From: Oligoflexia bacterium
GTDB taxonomy: Bacteria; Bdellovibrionota; UBA1018
NCBI GenBank assembly: GCA_963758495.1
Contig: CAVWVI010000003.1
Location: 416,001-480,000 of the forward strand
Direction of reading: 5' to 3'
DNA length: 64,000 nt
This document shows positions 48,486 through 59,084 of the stretch, in pieces. Position numbers and translations under genes: made by a program. A model generated the notes under the pieces. That model worked only from the letters and a program-made list of their open reading frames with translations, was not told the origin of the DNA and made no database searches. The number at the start of each line of letters is the position of its first letter. The stretch's first letter is position 1.

Positions 48486-48544
48486 GTGGCACTTAAAACT
48501 GATGAACTATTTTGTCTTATCGGCTTTAAGTGTCGCTCCTTTTT
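48486..48544 (+). terminator. Long G-U-rich hairpin with U-tract after gdhA
   Basis: GUGGCACUUAAAACUGAUGA...UUAUCGGCUUUAAGUGUCGC then UCCUUUUU; the wobble pairs work only on the + strand. Confidence 0.7.
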
Positions 48545-48565
48545 CCACTTTAGATTGGCTCACTG

Positions 48566-50002
48566 CTACTCGAGTGGGCGTTTCAGCCCTAACTCTTTCA
48601 TTTTAAGCTGGAGTCCTTTTCGCGAAAGCCCTAACTTCTCAGCTGTCCGCGTCACATTTCCACCCATCTCTTCTAATGCTTTTTCAATAAGATCACGCTC
48701 TAATGATTGAGTCTGTTTCTTAATAATTTCCTTTAAACTCGGTGGCTCGCTAGAGGAACTCGCCGTTTCTTCAGGAACCGCTCCTATGAACTCTTCCGGA
48801 AGATCTTTTGTAGAAAGGATATTGCCATCACACATCAGAATCATCCGTTCTAAGACATTCTCTAACTGGCGAATATTCCCAGGCCAAGCATGATTTCGAA
48901 GTGCATTCAAGGTTTCAGGAGTTAAACCTGTAATACCCTTCTTCAGTTTATGATTAAATTGTAAAAGAAAAAACCGAATGAGAAGATCAATGTCATCCCG
49001 ACGCTCTCGCAGTGGCGGAAGATGAATCGGAACTACATTCAGTCTATAAAACAAGTCTTCACGAAATCGATTAGCTTTAACTTCTTCCTCAAGATCCTTA
49101 TTCGTAGCTGTGATAATTCGGACATCTACTTTGATAGAATTGACTCCACCGACCCGTTCAAACTCTTGCTCCTGTAAAATTCGAAGTAATTTGACTTGCA
49201 TCTCCAAAGGCATTTCAGCCACTTCATCTAAAAACAAGGTACCTTCATGAGCCAGTTCGAAACGACCTGGCTTAGAAGCAACTGCTCCAGTAAAAGCCCC
49301 TTTCTCGTAACCAAAAAGCTCGCTTTCTATCAGAGTTGCTGGAATTGCAGCGCAATTAATCTTCACAAAGGGTTTTTGAACGCGGGAAGATTGACGATGG
49401 ATTTCAAAAGCAACAAGCTCTTTTCCCGTACCACTTTCTCCCGAAACTAAAACTGTGGAAGAAGATGGCGCAATCTTCGAGATCACCTTAAAGATATCCT
49501 GCATCTGAGAACTAGAACCAATAATAGATGAAATTTGGCTTATACTTGATTCCTGAGCAGAAAAGGGACCTTGTTGTTGAGGAGAAACCTGAGAGTGATT
49601 AAAAAATATGATCGGTTCTTTTTGGCGCTGTCGATGAGTGGCAACTGCTTTCTGTACAACATTTAATAACTCAGTTTGGTCAAAAGGTTTCGTAACAAAA
49701 TCAAAAGCCCCTCTCTTTAACGCACTCACAGCTGATTCAACGGTGCCATAAGCAGTAATCACCACGACAGGCAATTGAACATGATTTTTCTGGCAATAAT
49801 CTAAGATTTCCATCCCACCCAGACCGGGCATATAGAGGTCTGTGATCACTACATCCAGATCCTCTGAACCCATAGCATCAAGAGCTTCAGCACTGTCATT
49901 GAATACAATCACTTCAAAATTAGCCTTTTGAAGCATGGCTTGAATTACAAAGGTAATATTTTTTTCGTCATCGACAACCAGAATACGCCCTAGCACTATC
50001 AT
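48566..50002 (-). CDS. NtrC-family sigma54 response regulator (REC-AAA+-HTH)
   Basis: ILVVDDE, ITDLYMP, GAFTGA, LGLSRKGLQLKMKELGL. Confidence 0.95.
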   Translation of the reverse strand: MIVLGRILVVDDEKNITFVIQAMLQKANFEVIVFNDSAEALDAMGSEDLDVVITDLYMPGLGGMEILDYCQKNHVQLPVVVITAYGTVESAVSALKRGAFDFVTKPFDQTELLNVVQKAVATHRQRQKEPIIFFNHSQVSPQQQGPFSAQESSISQISSIIGSSSQMQDIFKVISKIAPSSSTVLVSGESGTGKELVAFEIHRQSSRVQKPFVKINCAAIPATLIESELFGYEKGAFTGAVASKPGRFELAHEGTLFLDEVAEMPLEMQVKLLRILQEQEFERVGGVNSIKVDVRIITATNKDLEEEVKANRFREDLFYRLNVVPIHLPPLRERRDDIDLLIRFFLLQFNHKLKKGITGLTPETLNALRNHAWPGNIRQLENVLERMILMCDGNILSTKDLPEEFIGAVPEETASSSSEPPSLKEIIKKQTQSLERDLIEKALEEMGGNVTRTAEKLGLSRKGLQLKMKELGLKRPLE

Positions 50003-52099
50003 TTACTCCTTAGTTAAAGGTAATATCACGGAAAACCTTGTAAAGCGTCCTTCTTCAGTCAAAACTTCAATTCTTCCACGGTGCGCTTCTACAATTTTAT
50101 GAGAAATAGATAATCCCAGTCCTGTTCCACTCGGTGAAGTCGTGAAAAATGGTATAAAAAGCTTATCTAGATGTTCTTTCTTAATACCACAACCCGTGTC
50201 TTCCACTGCGAGCACCACCTCGCCATTTTGCATCTCTCCTTCCACACCTACACTCACTCTAATAATTCCTGTAGGCTTATCCTCAAGAGCTCGTTGCGCA
50301 TTTTGAATTAAATTGATCAATACCTGGCGGATTTGTTCTGCAGACGCCATCACAAATGCAGGGGTCCGAGGAACATAAAACTCAAGCTCAATTTGAGGTC
50401 GAATAATTGGCCTCATCATCTGAATCGTTTTTTCAGCGAGAAGTGAAACATTAATCAACTTTAAATCTGTAGTCGGAGGTTTAGAATAATCCAAAAACCG
50501 AGTCACAACCCGATTCAATCGATCCACCTCTTCGATAATCACCCTAAGAAATTGACTTTCAGGTACATCTTTTGAAGGATCTAAATACTGAGCAGCACCT
50601 TTAATTGCTCCTAGCGGATTTCGAATTTCATGAGCGAGGCCCGCTGCCATTTCACCCAGTGCTGCGAGTCGTTCTTTTTCTCTTTGACGAGCATAGACTT
50701 CCATACTTTGCATCATCTGGGCAGCCTGTTCAAAATAAGGGTAAACAATAGGAAGCAATCCCCAATTATTTCCCCAAGGCTCTGGGGGAGAAGGTACTCT
50801 CACTGTTAAAAAACCCAGTACTTTTCCTGAATCAATGAGGGGAATGAGCAAATTGGAACCTAACGCCTTCAAGCCCTGCAACAACCCTCTATAGTGATCC
50901 CGCAAGAGTCGCCCTGCCGCACGATCAATTTCATTTTCCAAAATTTGGTCCAATAAAACGGGGAATTTGCCTTTTTTAGCCAAATCCTCGCAATATTGCA
51001 AAAGAGGATGATTCGATAATATTTCACGAAAAACTGACTTAGACGCTGGTGAGATCTCTACTTCAGGCTCTTTACCCACTACTCTGGCCCTTCTAAATTT
51101 TGTACCCTCACTTCTTAAGACAAATAGTGCGACCCATTCTGGCTCAAGCGTTTGCTCCGCAGTCAAAAGAATAGCTTGCAAAAGTGAAGCTAAATCCACA
51201 ATTCCAGTGAGCTTCCGTTGAGCATCCCGCAAGGTTTGCTGTAATCGACGATGCTTTTGAGTCAATAGCCGTTGAGTAAAATAGCTCACTAAAGATCTCA
51301 ACGGATCTAAGAGCATGAGAATTAAAAAGGATGCGATGAAGGAATTTAAGAAAAATAAACCTGGACTATTTTCAATCCAGGCTACGAGAAGTGAATATAC
51401 AAAAGTAAGCGTCAATGCGACCACAAGCAAAACAAGAGACCTTGAGAAGAGTGCACTGATATTGAGCAATCTTTGTTGAGTGATGGCCTGACTCAAAAAA
51501 AATAAATAGGCCGCTAAAGCAAGATTTCCAAAGGATGGCAGAGCACTACCCATCCAAGAGATGTGATCCATGACTGAAGTCGCAAGAACAATGAGGGCTC
51601 CAAAATAAATTAAATTTCTACGACCCAAACCTACAGTGGGTATTTTTGGAATTCGGGGTAATCCCCTTTTTAACTTGAAATCAATCCACATGAGCTGAAG
51701 AGTTTGAAAGACCACTAAAATAGGAGAAAAGCAGATGAACTGCCGAACCCATGGAACAGTTTCAAAATGCATCAAGAGGGCAAAAGAGAGTGAAACCGCC
51801 ATCAACACACTCACTGCCAGTAACCGACGACTCACATTGTCATAAATCCGAACCATCACTCGAATCAAGATCAGACTCGCAGGCGCTAGTAACACATTAA
51901 AAAAAAGATGAAGTCTATAAAATCCAAATCCCGGCCAAATTTTTTCCAAGAAGAAGGAAAGAGACCAAGCTGATACGAGCGTAGTGAGCAAAGCAAAAGA
52001 TAAAAAGAGAATATTTCTAACATTTCGCGCAAGTACTGAAAATCCCAGCGCAAAACTCACCACGGCAACAAGAAGCGACGACTGTCCTAAGGTATCCAT
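50003..52099 (-). CDS. Multi-TM sensor histidine kinase with GAF-like domain
   Basis: About 8 hydrophobic segments; LAHEIRNPL; NLIQNA; DTGCGI; GTGLGL; abuts the regulator (TAA-ATG). Confidence 0.93.
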   Translation of the reverse strand: MDTLGQSSLLVAVVSFALGFSVLARNVRNILFLSFALLTTLVSAWSLSFFLEKIWPGFGFYRLHLFFNVLLAPASLILIRVMVRIYDNVSRRLLAVSVLMAVSLSFALLMHFETVPWVRQFICFSPILVVFQTLQLMWIDFKLKRGLPRIPKIPTVGLGRRNLIYFGALIVLATSVMDHISWMGSALPSFGNLALAAYLFFLSQAITQQRLLNISALFSRSLVLLVVALTLTFVYSLLVAWIENSPGLFFLNSFIASFLILMLLDPLRSLVSYFTQRLLTQKHRRLQQTLRDAQRKLTGIVDLASLLQAILLTAEQTLEPEWVALFVLRSEGTKFRRARVVGKEPEVEISPASKSVFREILSNHPLLQYCEDLAKKGKFPVLLDQILENEIDRAAGRLLRDHYRGLLQGLKALGSNLLIPLIDSGKVLGFLTVRVPSPPEPWGNNWGLLPIVYPYFEQAAQMMQSMEVYARQREKERLAALGEMAAGLAHEIRNPLGAIKGAAQYLDPSKDVPESQFLRVIIEEVDRLNRVVTRFLDYSKPPTTDLKLINVSLLAEKTIQMMRPIIRPQIELEFYVPRTPAFVMASAEQIRQVLINLIQNAQRALEDKPTGIIRVSVGVEGEMQNGEVVLAVEDTGCGIKKEHLDKLFIPFFTTSPSGTGLGLSISHKIVEAHRGRIEVLTEEGRFTRFSVILPLTKE

Positions 52100-52125
52100 A
52101 AGATTAGACTTTATCAGGATATATT

Positions 52126-52152
52126 TAAAGTTCTCAAGTACTTCGCCGATAC
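52126..52152 (+). promoter_or_regulatory. Sigma28 (FliA) promoter
   Basis: TAAA-N15-GCCGATAC, 9 nt before ATG 52162. Confidence 0.85.
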
Positions 52153-52161
52153 AGAAGAAGT

Positions 52162-52665
52162 ATGAGTCAGATTCACACTATCCGACGGTTCCGTATCAAT
52201 CCGGTAGAAGTTGTCATTTTTCTAATGATTTCTACAATCTTTATCCATTCCCTCTATAAACTCTTTTATAATTATGACGCATTTAATCCTATTGCTTTGG
52301 TACCCCTAAATTCAAACCCCATTTCGGAAGGGCGTAGCTTAGCATCCGTAACCCCTGTCCTTTTGAATGTCGATATTCCTTGTGACAAACCTGTAACTAT
52401 CACCTCTCAAGCAAGTCGAGTTCGATTACATGGTCAATTATGCGGGGTAAATCCTAATGAAGGCGCAAGTAAATTGGCAAAAATGACCATTATCAACAGC
52501 GCTAATCAGTTTAATGCCACCGTATTTACAGACGTCTACAATGAAAAATTTTCCACTGACTATATTCCACTGAACACCGGGATCAATTCAATCCAATTAA
52601 ATTTTTCCTATCTCGATAAAAAACCGGTATCCCAAGAGATCATCTTAAATAACACTCAACTCTAA
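52162..52665 (+). CDS. Single-TM hypothetical protein with extracytoplasmic beta domain
   Basis: N-terminal TM; GRSLAS linker; Cys pair; FSTDYIPLNTGINSIQL. Confidence 0.8.
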   Translation: MSQIHTIRRFRINPVEVVIFLMISTIFIHSLYKLFYNYDAFNPIALVPLNSNPISEGRSLASVTPVLLNVDIPCDKPVTITSQASRVRLHGQLCGVNPNEGASKLAKMTIINSANQFNATVFTDVYNEKFSTDYIPLNTGINSIQLNFSYLDKKPVSQEIILNNTQL

Positions 52666-55313
52666 ATCCTGCCCCGTTCTTCAACCATGGATCTCAGTTT
52701 TCTATAATCCTCTTCTAACTTTGAAAGCGCACTCTTTAATTGAGAGACTGATTCAGGCACTTCTCCAGCCGTCAATAATTTTTGAATAGCCGTTTTAGCC
52801 CCTCGCTTGACGCGCCCATCAGAGTCTAACTGCAGAATTTTCGAGAGAATCGAAATGGCTTCCGCACATCCTGATTCCTCTAAAGAATGAACCAATTGTA
52901 TTCGAAGCCGGAAATTGCCCTCGTCACTTAAAACCGTGAGCACATCTAAGACTCTAGCCCGCTCCGAAGAAACTGCAGTTTTTAAGACATTTCCCAATGC
53001 TTTCACTGAAGCGACACGAACGTCTCCACTCACCCCTCGACGAGTCCAATCCATCAACGCACGCAATGCTTTAGGTCTTTCACCGCGACCTATTCCTGGC
53101 AATTCCGCTAGTCCGCTCAAAGCATTCCCTCGGATCACATCACGATAACTGGACTTATTGAGCTGACTGAGTAAAAACTCTTCCACTTTTTCTATATCAT
53201 TTACAGATACAGTGAGTTGATTCATCCGAGATGATGACCAAGCATAGGTTGAATCTGCCTCTACAAAGTAACTCTCATCCTTTTTCGTCAATTCAACCAA
53301 TGCATCTGCGGCCTTCTGATCTCGAAAAGTCCCAAGCGCATTGACAATAGCCCGCCTCGCTTTTGGATGCTTCGTAGAAAGAGCCGCAATTAATCCATCC
53401 CTCGACGCATTCGTTCTGATTTCAGCGAGTGCTTTGGCAGCTTCAGCTTGAACACCCCAGAAAGAATCAGAAGCCGCCGCTTTTCCAAGCTCATTGACAA
53501 CCTCTAAATCCGCGATTTTTGTTAATTCTTGAGCAGCCTCAATTCGGCCCATGCAATCGGAATCCCTAGTGAGCTGAAAAAGGAGCATTTCTTTAGAACG
53601 AGGGAATTTGAGCGTTTTAGGAATATTAAAATGGGGATCGAATCGAACCATGACAGGTTTTCGAGAGCATTGTAAAAAGACCCTTTCTCTTGCCTCTCCA
53701 ATTTGGATTTTATGACTGATTTTTTCGCCTCCTTCGAGTGTTAACTCAAGAACTACAGGGAGATGAAAAAGATGAGTGATGACCCCATCTTTTGATTGAA
53801 CAGGAGCACCTTCAGTTTGCTTCTGTTCAATCACCCATTCAGTCATTTTCTTATCTTCATGCCAGGAGTAACTGACTTCAAACTCAGGATAACCTGAATT
53901 AAAAACCCACTCATCAAACAGTCTCCTCAGATTTCTGCCAGTGGCATCTTCAATGGCACGAATCAAATCCAATGTTTCGACAGTTTGACCCCGATGGCGC
54001 TTCAAGTATAACTGAATCGACTTCCAGAAAAGATTCTCTCCTAAAACATACCGAATCAAATTTAAAACCAAACCGCCTTTTTGGTAAAGGTGACGGTCAA
54101 ATAAATCAATGGGTTCAATATAAGTATTACAAACAATAGGACGTCGATACCCATGCCGATCTTCTTCTAAATACTCTTTCAGGTCTTGATAAGAATAGTA
54201 TTTAGCTTCTTCAAAACCTCCTTGAGGGCCCAGATTAGACTCCACCCACACTCGCTCCATAAAGGTAGCAAAACCTTCATTTAACCAGCCGTGAGACCAG
54301 TCTTTACAAGTTAAAAGATCTCCAAACCATTGATGCGCCAACTCATGTGACACTAAAGGATCACTCGAAAAGTCTAAATGCGCCCTTGCGTCATGAAGGG
54401 TTAACTCGGTCTGAGTCGTTGCTGAGGTATTTTCCATTCCTCCAAAAATAAAATCCTGCACCGCAACTTGACTGTATTTTTCATAGGGATAATCAACACC
54501 TGTTTTCTTCTCAAAAGCCTCGATCATTTTCGGAGTATTGCTAAAAGCCCTCTTGCCATCTTCTTCACGCCCCGGTGCTACGAAATATTGCACCAGCAAA
54601 CCACGAGGGCCTTTTTCAGACCATTCTGAGAACTCTGCAACCACGAGTGTGATTAAGTAGGTCACATGCGGAGTGCCTAATTTATAATGAAATCGAACTC
54701 CCTCCGACACATTCTCTTTTGCCAGTAAAGCGCCATTCGATACTGCTGTGAAACCCTTGGGAACAGTGACTAACACCTCAGACGTGGCTTTTTGATTGGG
54801 ATAATCTAAAGTGGGAAACCAGTAACGATTATCTTCATCCTGTCCTTGTGACCAAACCTGATGAGGTTTTTTGGGGTAATCCGAATCTGGACCGGTAAAA
54901 TAAAGTCCTCTCCGTGGATGGGTCACTTGATATTGAACACTCACATCGAAGACATCACCTGTGTTTGGGATTTTAGCTAAGCGAATATCCAAGTGATGCC
55001 CTTCAATAGAAAACTCAGCTCTTTCATTCCCGATCCGCACTTCTTGAATATGAAGACCGATTTGATCGAACCTCAGAATTTGCTGCCCCGGAGCTACTAC
55101 AATGACTTTCTGTGTAACAGTTCCTTGTAATGTCTTACCTTTAGGATCGATGACCAAATCCAGCAAAATATGGTCTAATTTAAAGGGGCGATCGGGGGCA
55201 TAATGAGGAGACGCGCCTTCAATCGCAAACGGACGCCGTTCACTGAGCTGTTGACGCAGGAATGAAGATGATGAATGGCTTTCACAGAACTTACAAATGA
55301 GTTTTTCTCGCAT
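52662..55313 (-). CDS. M1-family aminopeptidase with C-terminal HEAT repeats and coiled coil
   Basis: GGMEN; HELAHQWFG-...-WLNEGFA; YQKGG. Confidence 0.95.
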   Translation of the reverse strand: MREKLICKFCESHSSSSFLRQQLSERRPFAIEGASPHYAPDRPFKLDHILLDLVIDPKGKTLQGTVTQKVIVVAPGQQILRFDQIGLHIQEVRIGNERAEFSIEGHHLDIRLAKIPNTGDVFDVSVQYQVTHPRRGLYFTGPDSDYPKKPHQVWSQGQDEDNRYWFPTLDYPNQKATSEVLVTVPKGFTAVSNGALLAKENVSEGVRFHYKLGTPHVTYLITLVVAEFSEWSEKGPRGLLVQYFVAPGREEDGKRAFSNTPKMIEAFEKKTGVDYPYEKYSQVAVQDFIFGGMENTSATTQTELTLHDARAHLDFSSDPLVSHELAHQWFGDLLTCKDWSHGWLNEGFATFMERVWVESNLGPQGGFEEAKYYSYQDLKEYLEEDRHGYRRPIVCNTYIEPIDLFDRHLYQKGGLVLNLIRYVLGENLFWKSIQLYLKRHRGQTVETLDLIRAIEDATGRNLRRLFDEWVFNSGYPEFEVSYSWHEDKKMTEWVIEQKQTEGAPVQSKDGVITHLFHLPVVLELTLEGGEKISHKIQIGEARERVFLQCSRKPVMVRFDPHFNIPKTLKFPRSKEMLLFQLTRDSDCMGRIEAAQELTKIADLEVVNELGKAAASDSFWGVQAEAAKALAEIRTNASRDGLIAALSTKHPKARRAIVNALGTFRDQKAADALVELTKKDESYFVEADSTYAWSSSRMNQLTVSVNDIEKVEEFLLSQLNKSSYRDVIRGNALSGLAELPGIGRGERPKALRALMDWTRRGVSGDVRVASVKALGNVLKTAVSSERARVLDVLTVLSDEGNFRLRIQLVHSLEESGCAEAISILSKILQLDSDGRVKRGAKTAIQKLLTAGEVPESVSQLKSALSKLEEDYRKLRSMVEERGRI

Positions 55314-55405
55314 AAGTAGGATTTGATTAACATAAAACTCAATATTTTCGAATGAATTCCAGCACTCCTACTTAACACCATGCAACTAAAAAACAACTAA
55401 GAATA

Positions 55406-58400
55406 TCACCAAACGAGGCTGAGTTTGTGAGTGATGTCGCTTAATGATTCCAGGTACTGACACTCTTTCAAATTCTGATTCGATATTTTACAAGCTTCGA
55501 CTGTTCTCTTGGCTCCCTGTGCAAATTCTTCCAATTGCGTGGGATCTAAATCATGAAGACGTTTTACGGCGTTTAAAATTTTCGTCCTTTTTTCCATGTC
55601 GGCGTCGTGGAATGCAAATATCAAATGATTCAGGATCGTTTTTCGAACCATTGGATCTGCCTCCCACTTTTTTAATATCCTCTCTGCAGCGTAGGGTAAA
55701 CCTTCCAATTCACTTTTGGACATTTCCAAAAACTTCAAATAAACATCATCGTGAGTTGGGCGAAGTTTGATCAGGACATCCTCAGCAGAAGAGCGAACAT
55801 AATTACTATTCTGATGTTGCAGCATTTCGATTAAAGCAAAATAAACCTTTGGATCATTGGGTTTGATTGCGATCAGTGCTTCTTTTGCGATCTCTCGAAA
55901 TTCATGGCTTAACAAAAAAGGATTAAATATCTGGTTAAAAAGTCCACTATATCCACTGACATTAGTCTTCAAAGCTTTTATAAGGTCATTGACACTTCCA
56001 ACTAAAGCTCGATGAATCTCTGAATCATCCGGACTGATCTCTGCCAACGCATAGGCAACGCTGATTCGAACTTCCCTCGTATCTTCCTTCAATAATTTAG
56101 CCAAAATTTGATTGATCGCAGGATCATTCGGCTTGATCTTTCCTAATGCATAAGCAGCCGCACTCCGAATTTGCCAATGTGGAACTTTCAATAATTCAGC
56201 TACAGTATGAACAATCGCAGGATCGATCGGCTTAATCTTTTCAAACCATTCCGCAGCACTTTTCCAGCCGGGTGACTTCAAACACTCCACTAGACCAGCG
56301 GGATAGAGCACAGCAAATAAGTCACACGTTATATGTAAGTCTACAGCGCCTTTCTTAAAAAGCTCAACTAGAGCTTGACTAATCATAGGATCACTCGGTT
56401 TAATTCTTTTCAATGCATTTGCAGCCTGCTTCTGAACGAACCAGTCAGGGTCCTTTAAGTGCTTGATTAGAATACGATGAATCGCCGGATCACTCGGCTC
56501 GATCTCTCCCAATGCGTATACAACTGATCGTCGAACATTGCGATGAGGGTCCTTCAGATACTGAGCTAGAGCATTCAGATTGATTTTTCCTAATGTAATT
56601 GCAGCCTCGGTTTGAAGAGAGGCACTTGACCACTCACGGCGATCTGCCAGAAGAAGTTGAGTGAGAGCATGTGTGATCTCAGGATCATCCGGCTTGATCT
56701 TTCCCAACGCTCTTGCAGCTTCAACCTGAACACCGACATCAGGATCTTTCAGACACTCAACTAGAGCATGAGCGATCATAGGGTCACTCGGCTTGATCTC
56801 CCCCAATGTGAATATAACCATGCCCCGAACCATGGGGTGAGGGTCCGTCATACGTTCAGCCAAGGTAGGTGCAATCGCTGGATGGATCTCTCCAACCGCT
56901 GCCAACGCTCCTAAACCATCCACAGCATTAACATACACTGTAGGATTCGGATCTTTGATTTGTTGGACTAATTTTTCATAATACTTTAAAAACGGAGCAC
57001 TCTGAGAAATGGCCTTTTTATCTGAGTCTTTCAGATAAGGTACAGTGATACTATTAACAGCCAAGTTCTCCTTTATATGCTTAATGATGAGTTCCGAAAT
57101 CAAATTAATATTTTGATCCAAATATGAATCCTGACAATGAACAATGCCAGGATAAAGAAGAGAGAGATGATTTTCCAAGTAGTTTGAATCCATTCCCATT
57201 TGAGAAAACAAAGTCTGAACTTGATGTCGATAACTCTGTACACTCAGAGGAGTGCCGGCTTCCTCCTCACATTTTTTTAATAAATGATCAGTGAGTTCAG
57301 AAAAATGACTGAGATTGATCTTCGACTGGACTTCCCGAATTTGAGTCACTTTCTGAACAATCTTGCTCCGTCCTGACTTATTCAAATCCAGCAGAAATTC
57401 TACGATATCTGAACTTTGAATTTCCTTGAATGATTTGGGAAGAATTCGCGTTTCGAAGAGTCTTTCATGTTCGACGGACAACTGATTTGACTTCTGATCT
57501 GAGAATTTCAAAACCACTCCGTGCTGATTGTTTTTCATGTGATCATAGGAGCCACTATTAAACGGAGTATCTTGATACCCTTCGATGATGCTCCTGAGAT
57601 CAGGATCTTGATAGTGAATGGGGATGACAGGTCTCTTTCGGGTGTACGTTTCATAAACTCCCCGAATTTCTTGAAAATTAATTAAACCATCCACTTTAGA
57701 CGGTTCTGGAAGTAAAATATTTTTTACACCCAACTGCTCTTTTTTCCGATCCAAAGCTCTTAAGATTAATTCCGTATCTGCTGCATTCACCCGCTTTCCG
57801 CTGATCGTAATGATATAGAGGGCACGCTCGCCCTGAGCCACCACTTCTGTACTACTCACATAGCCTTTGAGTTGGTCCTTTGAATCGTAAATGAAGAATA
57901 CTCGCTCGTGAGGATCATTGGGATAGGGAAAAGAATATTGAGAAGAACAATCTCCGCCTGGGCATCCCCGAAAGATTCCCATTGCTGGAGGAACCTGAGT
58001 CAGTCTAATTTTCTCAGTTGCTTTTTGAATTTCTCCCTCAGTTTGTTGAGCATAAGAATCAACCCTTTTGAAAATAGCTTCAATCAGTTCAGATTCCAAT
58101 GCAGGGTGGGTACTCAGAGTTGAAATTTGACTTGAAATAGAATTCCTCACCAAAGGTGCCAAGGTATCCTGTTTATCTAGAAAATATTCAAGATCCTGTC
58201 CATTGAGTTGATTCAGAGATTCTTCGGCGGCCTTCCAAGATTCCCAGGGTTTTCCATCTGCATTCTCAGCTTGTCCAGGACGATGAAGAACCACTTGCAG
58301 GGTAGATAAGGCAATCAGTTCTTCAACCTCGGACAAGAATTGGATCGCGTGTTCCAGATGTCCTTTTGTAACGGTATGAGGCTTGACCGGAAACTGATCA

Positions 58401-59050
58401 TAGAGTTCCAGCACCAAGATCAGCCTGCCTTTCAGATCCAAGTCTTTGGCTTTTCCAATTTTTTCATTAAAGAGTGCCTGGTTTTGTTTTTCCTTCCCAA
58501 ACTCTGCCAAAAGACGCCCGAATTTTTTGCCCGAGAGATTTTGTAAATTTCCAGAGTCTTCCAAACTTCCGAAAATTCCATTGATCTGAGAGTTCACTAC
58601 TTTTTCAGGAGAGAGTCCTCCCCTTTCGTCCTTCAATTCCCTTTTCAATTCTTGGAGAGATTGACTGAGCTGACTCTTCCATTGCTGGATTGCTTCTAGC
58701 TTAATTTTTTTAGTCCCCACTTCCAACCCTCCTAAAGGGGGTGTCACAGTAATTTCGTCGTAGGTTTTATTTTCGAATTCCTGAAGATATTTCGGATTCG
58801 ATTTCAGCTTTGTTAATAACTGAGCTTCGTCATCGAGCAATGAGAAAAGGTTGATGTCGTAGCTTGCTGCATCACTAAAAAGCTTGGGCAGCTTATGCTT
58901 AATCTCAATCAGGAAGGCTAGTTTTTCTCCATCTGTCTTGAGGGAGGGAAGTTGAATGGAGTCTGCCCCCGGCCCTGCCCAGGAAAAAGAATAAAGAAGC
59001 GTGGATGATAATAGAACAATCCACAATGAAGCTATAAACCTGGTTTTCAT
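55406..59050 (-). CDS. Large exported protein: unknown N-terminal domains plus ~33-aa HEAT repeats
   Basis: Signal peptide ending FSWA; repeats of the form LKDP..VR..AA.ALG.IKP.DP. Confidence 0.85.
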   Translation of the reverse strand: MKTRFIASLWIVLLSSTLLYSFSWAGPGADSIQLPSLKTDGEKLAFLIEIKHKLPKLFSDAASYDINLFSLLDDEAQLLTKLKSNPKYLQEFENKTYDEITVTPPLGGLEVGTKKIKLEAIQQWKSQLSQSLQELKRELKDERGGLSPEKVVNSQINGIFGSLEDSGNLQNLSGKKFGRLLAEFGKEKQNQALFNEKIGKAKDLDLKGRLILVLELYDQFPVKPHTVTKGHLEHAIQFLSEVEELIALSTLQVVLHRPGQAENADGKPWESWKAAEESLNQLNGQDLEYFLDKQDTLAPLVRNSISSQISTLSTHPALESELIEAIFKRVDSYAQQTEGEIQKATEKIRLTQVPPAMGIFRGCPGGDCSSQYSFPYPNDPHERVFFIYDSKDQLKGYVSSTEVVAQGERALYIITISGKRVNAADTELILRALDRKKEQLGVKNILLPEPSKVDGLINFQEIRGVYETYTRKRPVIPIHYQDPDLRSIIEGYQDTPFNSGSYDHMKNNQHGVVLKFSDQKSNQLSVEHERLFETRILPKSFKEIQSSDIVEFLLDLNKSGRSKIVQKVTQIREVQSKINLSHFSELTDHLLKKCEEEAGTPLSVQSYRHQVQTLFSQMGMDSNYLENHLSLLYPGIVHCQDSYLDQNINLISELIIKHIKENLAVNSITVPYLKDSDKKAISQSAPFLKYYEKLVQQIKDPNPTVYVNAVDGLGALAAVGEIHPAIAPTLAERMTDPHPMVRGMVIFTLGEIKPSDPMIAHALVECLKDPDVGVQVEAARALGKIKPDDPEITHALTQLLLADRREWSSASLQTEAAITLGKINLNALAQYLKDPHRNVRRSVVYALGEIEPSDPAIHRILIKHLKDPDWFVQKQAANALKRIKPSDPMISQALVELFKKGAVDLHITCDLFAVLYPAGLVECLKSPGWKSAAEWFEKIKPIDPAIVHTVAELLKVPHWQIRSAAAYALGKIKPNDPAINQILAKLLKEDTREVRISVAYALAEISPDDSEIHRALVGSVNDLIKALKTNVSGYSGLFNQIFNPFLLSHEFREIAKEALIAIKPNDPKVYFALIEMLQHQNSNYVRSSAEDVLIKLRPTHDDVYLKFLEMSKSELEGLPYAAERILKKWEADPMVRKTILNHLIFAFHDADMEKRTKILNAVKRLHDLDPTQLEEFAQGAKRTVEACKISNQNLKECQYLESLSDITHKLSLVW

Positions 59051-59057
59051 ATTAATT

Positions 59058-59084
59058 TAATCGGATATTAATATAAAAAGCTTA
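59058..59084 (-). promoter_or_regulatory. Sigma28 (FliA)-like promoter of the HEAT gene
   Basis: TAAG-N15-TCCGATTA, 7 nt before ATG 59050; no SD. Confidence 0.65.

Noticed and set aside
48486..48710. 74-aa + strand ORF with an SD after gdhA
   Set aside because: It starts inside the terminator stem and overlaps the convergent regulator gene extensively.
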